DNA from: Octopus bimaculoides
Taxonomy: Eukaryota
Assembly (NCBI RefSeq): GCF_001194135.2
Contig: NC_068996.1
Location: forward strand, 6,480,106 to 6,527,618
Direction of reading: 5' to 3'
Length of the DNA stretch: 47,513 nt
The notes beneath the pieces were generated by a model. The model was not told the origin of the DNA, searched no databases, and saw only the letters and a program-made list of their open reading frames with translations. A program made the translations under genes and the position numbers. Of the stretch, positions 23,467 through 35,155 are shown piece by piece (position 1 is the stretch's first letter; each line of letters starts with the position of its first letter).

Positions 23467-24970
23467 CCCACCCACATACATACACATATACATACATGAC
23501 CAAAGGCAGCCAGTCATGACCATCTAGACTTTATTAAGATACAATCTGACTAGGGCCACATTATCCAACATTTCTTTTTCCTTATGATAGTAGGGTGTAT
23601 TTGATGGATATTTCATTGCTATTTCTAACATTTGAGCAACCCAATTAGGCTCACTCCATTTGTGGTGGTCCTGGAACAGGTAGTTAGCTCTAGTAACCTC
23701 CGCTTGATAACCGTTAATTCAAAGCTTTCAGCCATAATATCTCTCATTGTATACCATTAGGTATTGCAGTATGTTAAGAAAGCAAAGAAAGGAAATGCAA
23801 CTCTTTAACAATGTGTTGTTTCTGTTTGTGCACTGACTTCATCTTCTAATGTAATTAAAATTAAAGAGAGAAAACATTAATCATATCCCAGTGCCTATGT
23901 TAAAAAAGGTAAGAGTGAGCAATACAAAACAACATCAATACTTCTAGCACAGATATTTACCATATATAGAAACACAACAGAAGACAGATATGAAGCCAGA
24001 GAGTGTTTTTTTTTCCCCCTTAGATTTTTTTTTTTTTTTGAAGGAGAAAAAAGAGAGTTCCACAATTACAATATTCAGTTTTGAAAAACAGCCACGACAC
24101 ATAATAAAAGAGATAAGCATACCTTTTTGTTTGTCAGGTAACATGAACACTTTGGTTCATTAACATAGTTCCTATAACCAATATGGTTATCCTCATTGCT
24201 GTTATTATTTCCAATACTTCGCCTATCCATTATATATTAATATTGTGAAATATTTCCAGACTGAAGTGATATGGTCTGCCATCACGTTTCACCCAAAAAG
24301 CAGTTATTGTCAGCATTTGTTAATTTTTGCATCTCAGAGTTACATGCGTCCATGATTTTATTTTATGATAATGGTTATGATTTGATTAATTGGTGTTAGT
24401 CATATCCAAACAACAAAGTCTATATCATAGTTTAGTTGTCACTTTCTATATATGAGCAATTATTTCCTGTTAATAAAGGGACAACCTCATGAAAGAAACT
24501 TCAACTGTGTAATAAATGGGGCAAACAACCAGAAAGTCTGTTGAGCAATTTACTGTTTAAACCATTCTCACTTTTTTTTTTCTAACAGCACAACTAATTA
24601 ATACATTAAATGAAGATCTCCTTTGTAATCAAGGAAAAGAAAGGATTGGTGAGTTCTCAGCCAACACCTACTTGTGTTTGTCATCTTTAGTAAATCAGAA
24701 CAAATAACTCTATAACACCATTCTGAAGATGGCCAAGGCTTGTGGTACAAGGCCAGTCAGTATACTTACTTCCTTTTGCATAGAATTATATTCCATTCCT
24801 AAACTAACATTATGAACAATTAGAGAACAAAAGAAACTATAGAAGGCTCAATAGTCAATTGGTCAACAGGCTTTCTGGCTATTTGTTTAAGCAAGCAATA
24901 TATAAACTCAGAGTCACACACATGTATGTTAGTATACAAAAAACATGAGGAAAGGTATTCAATGCAGTAC

Positions 24971-25022
<52 letters not shown>
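24971..25022. repeat. (ATT)n microsatellite
   Basis: Perfect run of about 17 units, directly at the 3' end of the Tx1-like fragment. Confidence 0.95.
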
Positions 25023-25025
<3 letters not shown>

Positions 25026-25029
25026 AATA

Positions 25030-25756
25030 CTACTAACTGTTTTTTATTAACCAACAAGGGTTGACAAAAACATCAAGGATGACACAAAGCATCAGAGTGG
25101 GATAACAAAAAGAAAATATGTAAAAAATGAAAATAACAGAAACAAAAATATTCAAATAATGATTTTCCAAATGGAAGGTGGCTACTTGAGAAAACCCTAC
25201 AAAACTGCCACCCCTTGGTCACTGCAGCATGTGTCCTTGCCAGTTGTTCTACTTCAGTTTAGAAGCACATGCCTCAGAGCAGGACCCTTCACTTGGACTG
25301 TGCTTACCACTTTCGACCACATTTCAATAAATTTGCTATAAAGCAGTACATTTCTCTCCGCCCCACCCCCTTTCCTTTACTTGAAAAAGTTGATGAGGTC
25401 TTGGCTAATGAGGAAGGGATCTGTCTTTAGCTCTTTCAGTTTTGTCCAACACAACCACTTCCACTAAAGTCTTCAGAAAGATAAACATTACCAGACCTCA
25501 GCCAAAGGATGGTAGCAGGATAATCTTCATAATAAACTCAGCTGATAACAGGATCCACCCAACATAGCAGCAGGTGTATGGTATAACTCCACAAGTCAGC
25601 AATGTGTAGGCACTGAATGGGTGCTTGTGGAACAGTTTCACCACTGTGCATGCCTCCAGAATTTATCTCAATCAATATCCCCTGGTAGTATTGTCAGGCC
25701 AAGGATTTTGGAAATTATCCATGGGCACTGGTTTGACAGTCTTTCAGAACAGACCA
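25030..25756 (-). mobile_element. Decayed Tx1/L1-clade LINE 3' end (ORF2 C-terminal zinc-knuckle region + 3' UTR)
   Basis: Minus strand translates in pieces to PMDNFQ..LA...GETV..A..QC.HIADLWSY, CWTKLKELKTD..L...DLINFFK, ERNVL..SKFIEMW.KV; AATAAA lies near the end. Confidence 0.65.
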
Positions 25757-26010
25757 TCCATTGCTGACTTGCAGAGTTATGTCAGACAGCTGCTATTATA
25801 GGCAAGAAAGATACAATTATCAGCTAAGTCCATTGTGGTGATTGCCACAAAGCCCTCCTTTAACTGGGAAGGGAAAGCAGTTTTCATCTGTTTGGTGGCT
25901 ATAGCATAAGTTGTGTATTGGACAAAGCTGAAAGGTCTAAAGACACACTTTTCTTCTTTGGTCAAGCTTCCTTCCCCACTCAACTTCTGAAATATCATCA
26001 ATTATTATCT
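25756..26010 (+). mobile_element. Second, inverted Tx1/L1-like segment covering part of the same ORF2 region
   Basis: PSIADLQSYVRQLL...LSAKSIV...EGKAVFICLVAIA..YWTKLKGLKT; DNA motifs CATTGCTGACTTG and TTGGACAAA.CTGAAAG..CTAAAGACA occur on both arms. Confidence 0.65.
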
Positions 26011-26139
26011 GTATACACTTATATTTCTTTTTCTTCTCACATTTAACTTTCTATACAAAGCCCAATAATTTATTATATTAGTCTTTTTAATTGATCCCAT
26101 GGTGGCAAGTAAATCCTCATCATCATCAATGAGCTGGAA

Positions 26140-26354
26140 GAATTATTAGTACACTGGGCAAAATGGTTAGTGGCATTTAGTCCATCATTACATTCTGAGT
26201 TCAAATCCCACTGAAGTTGACTTTGCCTTTAATCCTTTTGGGATCAAATAAGTACCAATTACACACTGGGTCCGATATAGTCGACTTATTCCTTCCCCAC
26301 AAATTTCAGACCTTGGCTATAGTAGAAAGAATTATTATTAATTATTTTTTTTTT

Positions 26355-26406
<52 letters not shown>
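26140..26406 (+). mobile_element. Type B SINE with long (ATT)n tail
   Basis: GAGCTGGAAGAATT...GAGTTCAAATCCC...GTAGAAAGAATTATT(ATT)n. Confidence 0.75.
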
Positions 26407-26408
<2 letters not shown>

Positions 26409-26654
26409 AAAACTTAGATGGAGCAGGATTGCAAAACGGCTTTTTCCATCTGTTGTTGATAGTTTTTCCTGTTAACCTCAACTTCTATTCAATCAGTCTG
26501 AAGTTCTCACCTAAATTCCATTTCTCAGACTTATAGATATATTTAATTTCTTGTCATGACTTTTGTGAGATTTCTACTTTTATTGCCAAATGATGAGGTG
26601 GTGTTTTAAAGAGCATCATGTTTCTAAAATATACACCATTATAATCTATCTTTC

Positions 26655-27150
26655 AGATAGAAAGCCAAGTATACAAGCTTAAAGAGAAAGAGATGGGAGG
26701 TGGTAGTAGGTAAATAGGTAGGTAGGTAGATGATAGAGGAAGATAGGTAGCTAGCAAGGTAGCTAGCTTAGACAGGAAGCTGGCTAGAAAGATAGATATG
26801 CAACCAGACAAGTTGTCTGACAGACTGACAAACAGATATGTAGACAGACAGGCTGACACATTGACGAACAAACAAACAGATATATGAACAGAATGCATTC
26901 ATGTACACAGATGTGCAAACAGACAGGCAGATACATAGAGAAACATAGGAAGACAGACATGTAGGCAAACAGACATGTATACAAACAAACATGTACACTG
27001 ACAGAGAGACAGAATGTAGACATACAGGCAGACATGTAGACAAGGCAGAGTAAGTACCATAGGTGAAAAGGTAAGTCAGTAGAATAGCATATATAGCTAA
27101 ATATGCAAGCATAAAGGTATGCATGTAGGTAGGTTTAGAAAGGTAGGACG
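26655..27150. repeat. Decayed AGAC/AGAT/GTAG tetranucleotide low-complexity tract
   Basis: Strongly purine-skewed plus strand with recurring CAGA/TAGA/TAGG. Confidence 0.8.
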
Positions 27151-27451
27151 ACGAAGTGTTAATTGACAGTTCTATAACTTATTTCCAACTAATTCAGGCC
27201 CTTATACATTTCTAGACTTTTATTGCCACTACTAATTAGATTAGCCTAGTTCTGAAATCCCCAAAGCTTGATTCGAGTGCTCTGTCTATCTGTTAGTTAT
27301 GACAATGCACTTAACTGCACCAAAAATACCTGTTCTACCTTTGTAAATTAACACCTGGTGAGTGAAAAATATGCTGGGCTGCCAACTCCCTCCAGTAAAT
27401 TTCAATGTATTATGATCCTTATACACTAACAAATCCACTTTGGCTTCACTA

Positions 27452-27523
27452 CCACCACCACCATCACTGGTGGTGGTGGTGATGGTGGTGGTGGTGGTGG
27501 TGGTGGTGGTGGTAGTAGTAGTA
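27452..27523. repeat. (ACC)n/(GGT)n/(AGT)n compound microsatellite
   Basis: Direct inspection. Confidence 0.9.
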
Positions 27524-30310
27524 GTCTGTTTAATCAAAGAATCTTCAGTAGATTGACTAACTGGATAGATACAAAATGAATTGGACACAATATGATTGAT
27601 TGCCTAACCTGCTACATATGGCAGCCAAATATCTCAAATCACATACTACTGTCTTAAAAATATAAAAAAATAATAAAGAATGGAAAAACACATTGGATAA
27701 TGTAGTTCAAGATTCACTCTCTGAGTAAAAGATGAGATAATCAAGGCTGGAATGCCTTTGATCATTAGTCTGTATGTCAGGGCTATCCAAGATTAAATAA
27801 CAAAAACAACACAAAAAAAGCACTTGTCCCTAAGAATTTATACATCTTGTGTGTAAAGACACATGTGAGTAATTCTTAAGAAAACTGCTTTTCAACATAA
27901 CTACATCTTGTATGTGTTCTACCCAAGTTTGGTAGATCTCTCTATCACTCTTATTGCAAGAAATACAGTGAGCTATTAGAAACTTAAAATCAATGACACT
28001 ATTGTTTCCAAAATGAAATATAAATTTTTTTAAAAAAAGTAATAGCAGTTGTAATTGCTATTCTTGTTATTGTTCTTGAACAAGCTCAAAGACTTCTCAA
28101 GCTCAAACAAATGTATAGCATGTTGGTAATTGATTTAATATGCAAGCAAGACACTCCACAAGTTTTTCATCCAGCTCTTACCTTAGCTCTGTCCAATATT
28201 ATATCATTCAATAATTGCATACAATTAGCCTAATTACCACTATTTCTCACAAAGCCTTAGGGACATTTTATAAAACATTAAGGTTCTAGGCAAACACGGT
28301 CAGGATATGCTACCCAACTCCATTAGCAGAAATTAACAGTTAAGATAATTCTTCAAAGCCTGCAACAATCAACCGATGAAGGTGTCCTACCTGAAATACC
28401 ATTGTTTATCTCTTAATTTTAATTCTTATCATTTACAATACAGACCTAGTTTCCTAGAATCCTACTGTTTCACTATAATACAAACCAAAGGGCTGACAGA
28501 GACCTAGTTCCTTAAATCCTTTAAAGTGCCACTGATTCTTTGGTACAAAACCACCTTACATTATACTTTTATATAAGACCTTTTTGCTAAATTACATTCC
28601 AAACTTCAGATTAAAGTAAAATGGATCTGTTGATATCAACATGAAATTAGCATTAAGACACCCCACAAGTCTCATTCAATTAGCATGTATGTGGCCAGAC
28701 ATTCAGTACTGTAACTAAACACAGCAGTACAGTACTGTTCCAGTCAACAGTTTAAAATAAAATGGACTTCCATCAGTTTTAATGATGAATATTCATCAAA
28801 CTGCCCATTTGATTAGCATGTAATTAGCAGCTGAACATTCCACAGACATTGATGTAATTCTCAAGCAGAATGTGGGACACAGCATGTGATGGCAGATCAT
28901 TAAGTTATACATAGAGTATGACCAACAGGCTTCCACACAATTTCTGTTTACCCATTTTCACTCACAAGGTATGAGTTGACAACCCATATATATCCCTGGT
29001 TGCGTTTTTACAACGCAAAACCTACCTACTCCTACTTGTTTGGACATGAACTCGCCAGGAAGCATCTGCCGGAGCATACGAAATGTTCCGTAGGTAGTCA
29101 ACACCTGTAGCTAACAGTTGCATACTGTCCTTCTCTTCCAGATTGTGAAAGCTTACCATAATGTTTAATCCAAATACAGTGAAATTTTAAGACTTCATTT
29201 TTTTATGGCCCTATATGGGTTAAGGCTATAATAAGTACACTTGGCTGAGGATTCTGCAAAATATCATTAAATGACACAAATCAAAGAAAGAGACTTGCCC
29301 AACATGTTAGAAATAAACTTGTCCAACATGTTAAAGCAACCAAATCTCTTTCCAGTCACACTGTACCATTTCAAAGAAGGAAAGAACTGGATAATGTAGT
29401 CTAAAAAAAATGAAATGGTCAAGGCTGGCACTTTTGATTATGGCTTTGATCAATTAAGGACGATCAACAACTACAACAACAAATAATTGGACAAAATTAG
29501 TTTGGAATAGGGTTTTATAAATTCCTTTCAAATTCTTAAGTATTTTAAAAAATTAATTAAAATCTGAAGTGCTGCATTAAAATATAGTCAAGTGTTAAAA
29601 TGGAGACCATATATTTCAAGACTAAATTTTAGAACAATATGCTTCCACCTTAAACATAGCATTATCAAAATTCAAATCAGATGCTTTACTTGACCAGATA
29701 TAGGTAGAGTATACATTTATTGCTATGGGCCTAATAAGAAAAAACCACTATCAGCTATTCAGTGTGCAAGAAATAACAACTAAATATCTACAAAAGAAGT
29801 CCTAGATAGAGGCATAACATCCATTTTCCATAATGTTTGGTTCCAAAAGCCTTTCCAGACGACTGATTTTTCTGAACTAGGGACAGTCATCTTGGTCAAA
29901 ACACACTAAATTAAACAAATATTAATTTACTTAAGTAATTAAATAAAGTATAGGAAGCTATACATTATTATAAATTATACAAGTTTATTATTAATACTGT
30001 ACTGTACAAGGTACCAGTAAAATAGTCTAGTGGCTGTGGGAATTTTAAGTTCCTGCACATATATTAGCATAGATTAAAATAGGCTCTGGTCAATTAATAT
30101 CCAGAAAGTTGGTGTTATACAAATATCCGTAAAATATGGACTGGTCATGGTTGAAAGAAATTTGATCATAAATCTTACTGTTTAAGGCTGGCTTGTGGCT
30201 AAATAACATAGCGATAACAATAGATACTCAGGGAAAACTAGTGATCAAAACTACTGATGATAAACATCAGAAAATAGTTTTTTCAAAAATGGAAAATAAA
30301 TTTTACGTTA

Positions 30311-30702
30311 TACTCTTTTACTTGTTTCAGTCATTTGATTGCGGCCATGCTGGAGCACCGCCTTTAGTCAAGAAAATCGACCCCAGGACTTATTCTTTGT
30401 AAGCCTAGTACTTATCCTATCGGTCTCTTTTTGCCGAACAGCTAAGTGACGGGGATGTAAACACACCAGCATCGGTTGTCAAGCGATGTAGGGGGGACAA
30501 ACACAGACACACACACGTATATATTTATACATATATACAACAGGCTTCTTTCAGTTGCCATCTACCAAATCCACTCACAAGGCTTTGGTCGGCCCGAGCC
30601 TACAGTAGAAGACACTTGCTTAAGGTGCCACGCAGTGGGACTGAACCCGGAACCATGTGGTTGGTAAGCAAGCTACTTACCACACAGCCACTCCTGCGCC
30701 TA
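30311..30702 (-). mobile_element. Full-length young tRNA-SINE type A
   Basis: Minus strand reads TAGGCGCAGGAGTGGCTGTGTGGTAAG...GGTTCAGTCCC (A/B boxes)...TGACTGAAACAAGTAAAAGAGTA; highly similar to 36671-37105 and 42678-43100. Confidence 0.9.
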
Positions 30703-31507
30703 TGAGGACAAAGATAAATGAAATATTTCAGTAACAACTTTTCATGACAAATGTCTCTGCTTAGAACATTAGATGTCTCTTCTTCCACATAACATAAACA
30801 TTATTTCACTATCTGAACAGGCTTGCTCAAAAAAAAAAAAGACAAGAGATCACAGATGCAACAACACAATATCTATTCTAAATATCAAATCCATTACTAA
30901 CTTTTATGAAACACTTATACACAACTAATTTCCTTATTGGTATTTGGTACTCAGCCAAATGCATGCTCTGCTGTTTGATGGAAACCTGATACAGTAACTT
31001 ATTGTTAAATAGTTCTTCTGTAGCTTTGTCATAAGAAATAAGATACTTCCACTCCTCCTATAACAAACCTGTGTTCACCTTAATAATTGTAAATCTCTAA
31101 CTCTACTCCCTTCAGTATACAGCTTGTTTATTTTAAACTATCATCTTATCTATTTTTTTCCCCACATTGTATAATAGGAAGCCTCAAGGTGATTGTCCCA
31201 CAAGAAATAGCTGAATCTCCCTCCAAATCACATCATAGATGGGATGGATATAGAACACCTCTGATCATAGCTCTACTCAGTCAGAGCTCACATGAGATTA
31301 ACAGCAACAAGAACAACAAAATATCCCTAATTTCTTCACTAAATTTAAATTTAGAGTGATTAGTAATAATGTTGATCATTGTTATTAAATGTAATGTCTT
31401 TGTAATGATAAATTGATAAATTGTTATTTAGTTCTTAAGTCAAACCTAAATGAGCACACATTATCTAATGGCATTCCAGTCATGACCACCCTGCTTTTTA
31501 GCAGTAT

Positions 31508-31720
31508 TTAACCATTTAGCATTCAGATTACTCCATGAAATGCAATGCTTATTTATTCACAGTGTTTTGAATTAACCATACACTATCTTATGGCTTTGAT
31601 ACTTCAATGTTGTGATTGATTATTTTAGAATGCTATTGTAGGTCAGGTGTAAGAGGCCAAATCTGGCTGGTTTGAGCATAAAACAAAATACTTAGGCTGG
31701 TTTAAATGCAATAAGGTTAA
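31508..31720 (+). mobile_element. piggyBac-like MITE
   Basis: TTAACCATTTAGCATT...AAATGCAATAAGGTTAA. Confidence 0.75.
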
Positions 31721-31957
31721 GACTTCATTATCTGGTACTTTGTTTTCCCCATTTTTAAAGTGAGTAGAGTGTAATTTGAGGCAAAAGTTGACTGCTATAT
31801 TTCTAGTATATCAAATGACCAGGTAGGGGTTCCATTGGTGGAAAAATACATATATGCACAAAGACTGCATTTACTTTACAATATTCTTCAGCTTTCATTC
31901 AGATAATTATCAATCTTCAACTGATTCATTAATATATTAGTCATGTCAGTTACAAGA

Positions 31958-32350
31958 CACATCTCATGGATGCTCTGAGTTGCATCATCAGTAATGTTCC
32001 TGGGATCTCAGAGGTAATTTCAGGTATTTCAAAATCAGACTCCTTCTCCCAGTTAGGATTGACCAAGTCCCAGCTTGCCTCTCAGCAATAGCAAGCCACT
32101 GCTCTGTCCTTTCTATCCAAAGCCATCTAGTGGCCTTCTCTGCAGTTTCATTGATGGAACATTTAGCCTTCTTCGTCACTGCACCAGTAACTCCAAGCCC
32201 GGTCAAAGCTTTGCAGAGTAAACACCCAACAAAACCTTGGCGGCGTGCTTCAATTGGTTTGCAAAAGGCCTGCCAGCCTTGGCTTCTTTGCATTGCTTTA
32301 CCAGCTAATGCATTTACAAATTTTGAGGTTGCTTTTTTTCTACTTTTACT
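31958..32350 (-). mobile_element. HERO-like (restriction-like-endonuclease, R2 superfamily) non-LTR retrotransposon 3' fragment
   Basis: GWQAFCKPIEARRQGFVG.LLCKALTGLGVTG...ETAEKATRWLWIER matches the PIEVGCRGF...AEKASRWLWI(K/R)R C-terminal pattern of HERO-type RLE domains (recognised from memory). Confidence 0.75.
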
Positions 32351-32448
32351 ACTGGGTAAAATAATAATACAGTTCTATATTTAAGAGATGAGGAATTCTG
32401 TACATTATTTACACTCAACGGATATTTGTCCTCATCTTGTTTGTTGTT

Positions 32449-32501
32449 AACACAACGTTTCGGTTGATACACCCCCCCCCCCCCAGCCTTCTTCAGGTGT
32501 C
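32449..32501 (-). ncRNA. Minimal type I hammerhead ribozyme, core intact (CUGAAGA), stem II with one mismatch and a poly-G expanded loop
   Basis: Minus strand reads GACAC CUGAAGA A GGCUG-(G)n-UGUAU-CAACC GAAACGUU|GUGUU. Confidence 0.7.
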
Positions 32502-32647
32502 TTGAGGAAATTTCGAACCTGGGTTCTCATTCCTAAGGTCTTTTTCGATTTTATTATTATTATTCAAGCAGTGACCAGAAAACTAATAATAATAATAACA
32601 TCGAAAATTACCTTAGGAATGAGAACCCAGGTTCGAAATTTCCCCAA

Positions 32648-32693
32648 GACGCCTGATAAAGGCTGGAGGGTATAACAGCCGAAACGTTGTGTT
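32648..32693 (+). ncRNA. Hammerhead ribozyme with G8A core mutation (probably inactive)
   Basis: GACGC CTGATAA A GGCTG-GAGGGTATAA-CAGCC GAAACGTT GTGTT: stems intact, G8 replaced by A. Confidence 0.7.
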
Positions 32694-32760
32694 AACAACA
32701 GACAAGATGAGGACAAATATTCGTCAATTGTAAATAATGTAAATAATGTACATAATAATA

Positions 32761-33050
32761 ATTTGGAATATGAAAAGCATAAAAGTTGTGCCTATAATAG
32801 TTGGTGCATTGGGAACTCTAAATAAAGATACTGAAAAATATTTGAAGGAGGTTGGAATAGAATGTCCTGTAGAACTTCTACAGAAGTTCTCTTAGGGACA
32901 GAAAGATTATCAAGAGGGTTCTAATCTCCTGAAAGACTAATGAAAAATAGTGGCTACTGAAGGTTACAGATAATAATCCACTACCCACATAAATCCTACC
33001 AGGAATAAGACTGAGCCCGAGTCAAATCAATAATAATAATAAATAAATAA
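32761..33050 (+). mobile_element. 5'-truncated R4/Dong-clade retrotransposon (RLE C-terminus + 3' UTR + (TAA)n)
   Basis: IWNMKSIKVVPIIVGALGTLNKDTEKYLKEVGIECPVELLQK..LGT.RIIKRVL; flanked on both sides by TAA repeats. Confidence 0.8.
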
Positions 33051-33481
33051 ATGACAATATCTTTTATCTTTTACTTGTTTCATTCATTGGACTGCAACCA
33101 TGCTGGAGCATTGCCTTGAAGTGTTTTAGTAGAATGAATTGATCCCAGTAGAAATATTTTTAAAAAGTATTCATTCTATTTGATATAAAATAAATTCTAA
33201 ATACTTGAAGTCATGTGCCACCAATATATTCTTTTTATTAATTCTTTAAGAAACCCTTCTGATAATTAACTAATTAAAAGCTTGATTACTGTATATTCTT
33301 TAATTTGTTCCGGTCATTGTACTACAGACTTTGATGGGGTAATACCTAGAGGTTTCGTTGATCAAATCAACTCCAATATATATTTTACATCAGATACCTA
33401 TTCTATTGGTCTCTTTTTTTGCTGAACCACTAAGTCATGGGAGACATTAACAAACCAGTACTGCTGTCAAGCAGTGAGACT

Positions 33482-33812
33482 GAGACCCCCTTCGGTCATG
33501 ACAGACCATGGGATTGCACCTAGAAAGTTATCCTCCGAGGTACAAGTCTGGGCAAGGTTGTTTATGGAAGGCCAGCAGTCGCCCATGCATACCAGCCTCC
33601 CTTCTCCATGCCACCAGTGTTATCCAAGGGAAAGGCAAAGGCCGATACAGCTTGGCACCTGTGATGTCGCAACTCAATTCTACAGCTGAGTGAACTGGAG
33701 CAACGTGAAATAAAGTGTCTTGCTCAAGAACACAACACAAGGCCTGGTCCGGGATTCAAACTCACAACCTCACGATCGTAAGTTCGACGCTCTAACCACT
33801 GAGCCATGCGCC
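33482..33812 (-). mobile_element. Full-length tRNA-SINE type C
   Basis: Head GGCGCATGGCTCAGTGGTTAGAGC...GAGTTTGAATCCC (A/B boxes), core TTCTTGAGCAAGACACTTTATTTCACGTTGCTCCAG, tail GTCATGACCGAAGGGGGTCTC. Confidence 0.85.
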
Positions 33813-34229
33813 TTCACTGAGTGAGAAACAACTATATAAACATACACACATACAATGAGCTCCAGCATAATTTCTGTCAGTCAAGCATTCACTCCCAAAC
33901 CTCATGGTACACAATAGGGCTGAACCTAAAACCAACTGTTGATGAAGTAAACTTTATAACTAGACAGCAAAGTTTCTACCTATGATTCATTTATAAACCA
34001 CGGTAGCAGACAAGTCAAAGATAAGTCACAATGATAGATAAATCACAGTAGTAGATAAGTCACACTGTGTTTATAATCTTTTGGTAGCAGTCTTTGACCC
34101 ATACACAAATCACATGTTTCTCTCTGAGAATAATGTTTGCAACACTGCTTGCAGCCGCATTAAAATAATTAATACATTTAGCAGAAATAATCGCAATTAT
34201 TGTTAATAAAGCTAACAAAGTCTTGGAAC

Positions 34230-34373
34230 CACAGGTGTGGCTGTGTTCTAAGAAGTTTGCTTCTCAACGATATGGTTCTGGGTTCAGTCCTACACCTAGG
34301 GCAAGTGTCTCATACTATAGACACAGGTTGGGTAAAACCCGAGTGGATTTGGTAGACACAAACTGAAAAAATC

Positions 34374-34418
<45 letters not shown>

Positions 34419-34665
34419 CACACACACATATATATGTATGTGGGTGTGTTTATGTTTGTTCCCCACCATTACTTGACAACTGGTATTGATTTGTTTACAT
34501 GACTTAGGAAACGAGGCTGATACAATAAGTACCTGGCTTAACAAAAAAAAAAAAANNNNNNNNNNAAAAAAAAAAAAAAAGTAAAGGGGTTGATTTGTTT
34601 GACTAAAATCCTTTAAGGCAGTTCTACGACATGGCCACAATCAACTAACCGAAACAAGTAAAATA
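34230..34665 (+). mobile_element. Diverged tRNA-SINE type A spanning an assembly gap
   Basis: Head GTGGCTGTGTTCTAAGAAGTTTGC, internal (TG)n, tail ACTAACCGAAACAAGTAAAA; N run at 34556-34565. Confidence 0.7.
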
Positions 34666-34936
34666 ACCATAGCAATGGTGCAACCATTGCTTTTAAATCA
34701 TCATCATTCCTGGTTGGGTGATAATATATGCCACATCTAATGAGCATTACAGCCACTTCGTAGGGGACAGTGTATATGCTTTGCACACTTGAAAGGATTA
34801 TCATCATCATCACCATTTAACATCCATTTTTCATGCTGGCACGGGTTGAACAGTCTAACAGGAGCCGGCAAGCCAGAGAGCTGCATCAGGCTCCAATTGT
34901 TTGTCTTGACATGGTTTCTACGGTTGGATGGCCTTC

Positions 34937-35155
34937 ATAATCCTTTCTGCTATAGGCACAAGGCCCGAAATCTCTGGGGAAGGGGTAAGTCGATAATAAC
35001 GACTCCAGTACTCAACTGGTATTTAATTTATTGACTCCAAAAGGATGAAAGGCAAAGTCGACCTCGGCAGAATTTGAACTCAGAATGTAGCGGCAGACGA
35101 AATACCACTCAGCATTTCACCCGGCATGCTAACAGTTCTGCCAGCTCACTGCCTT
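34937..35155 (-). mobile_element. Type B SINE nested in an RTE-tail copy (34798-35210)
   Basis: Full head-to-tail match to type B; GCCTTCATAA is duplicated at 34931-34940 and 35151-35160. Confidence 0.8.

Larger units (their letters stand above)
32372..32757 (+). mobile_element. Composite palindromic hammerhead retroelement, copy B (head almost entirely deleted)
   Basis: Inverted arm 32372-32566 and sense body 32571-32757 are reverse complements. The junction remnant GCAGTGACC matches the head/body junction of copy A. The terminus CTCTTAAATATAGAAC is shared with copy A. Confidence 0.85.

Noticed and set aside
26653-27124. Three overlapping Cys/Leu/Ser-rich ORFs
   Set aside because: Translations of a tetranucleotide low-complexity tract.
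28373-28410. Hammerhead-like CCGATGA-AGGT/ACCT-GAAA
   Set aside because: U4 is C, stem I does not form and stem III is weak; at best a decayed remnant, possibly chance.
33745-33812. tRNA genes at SINE heads (also 3653-3718, 30640-30702, 42678-42745)
   Set aside because: A and B boxes are present, but acceptor and anticodon stems do not pair and each runs into a SINE body.
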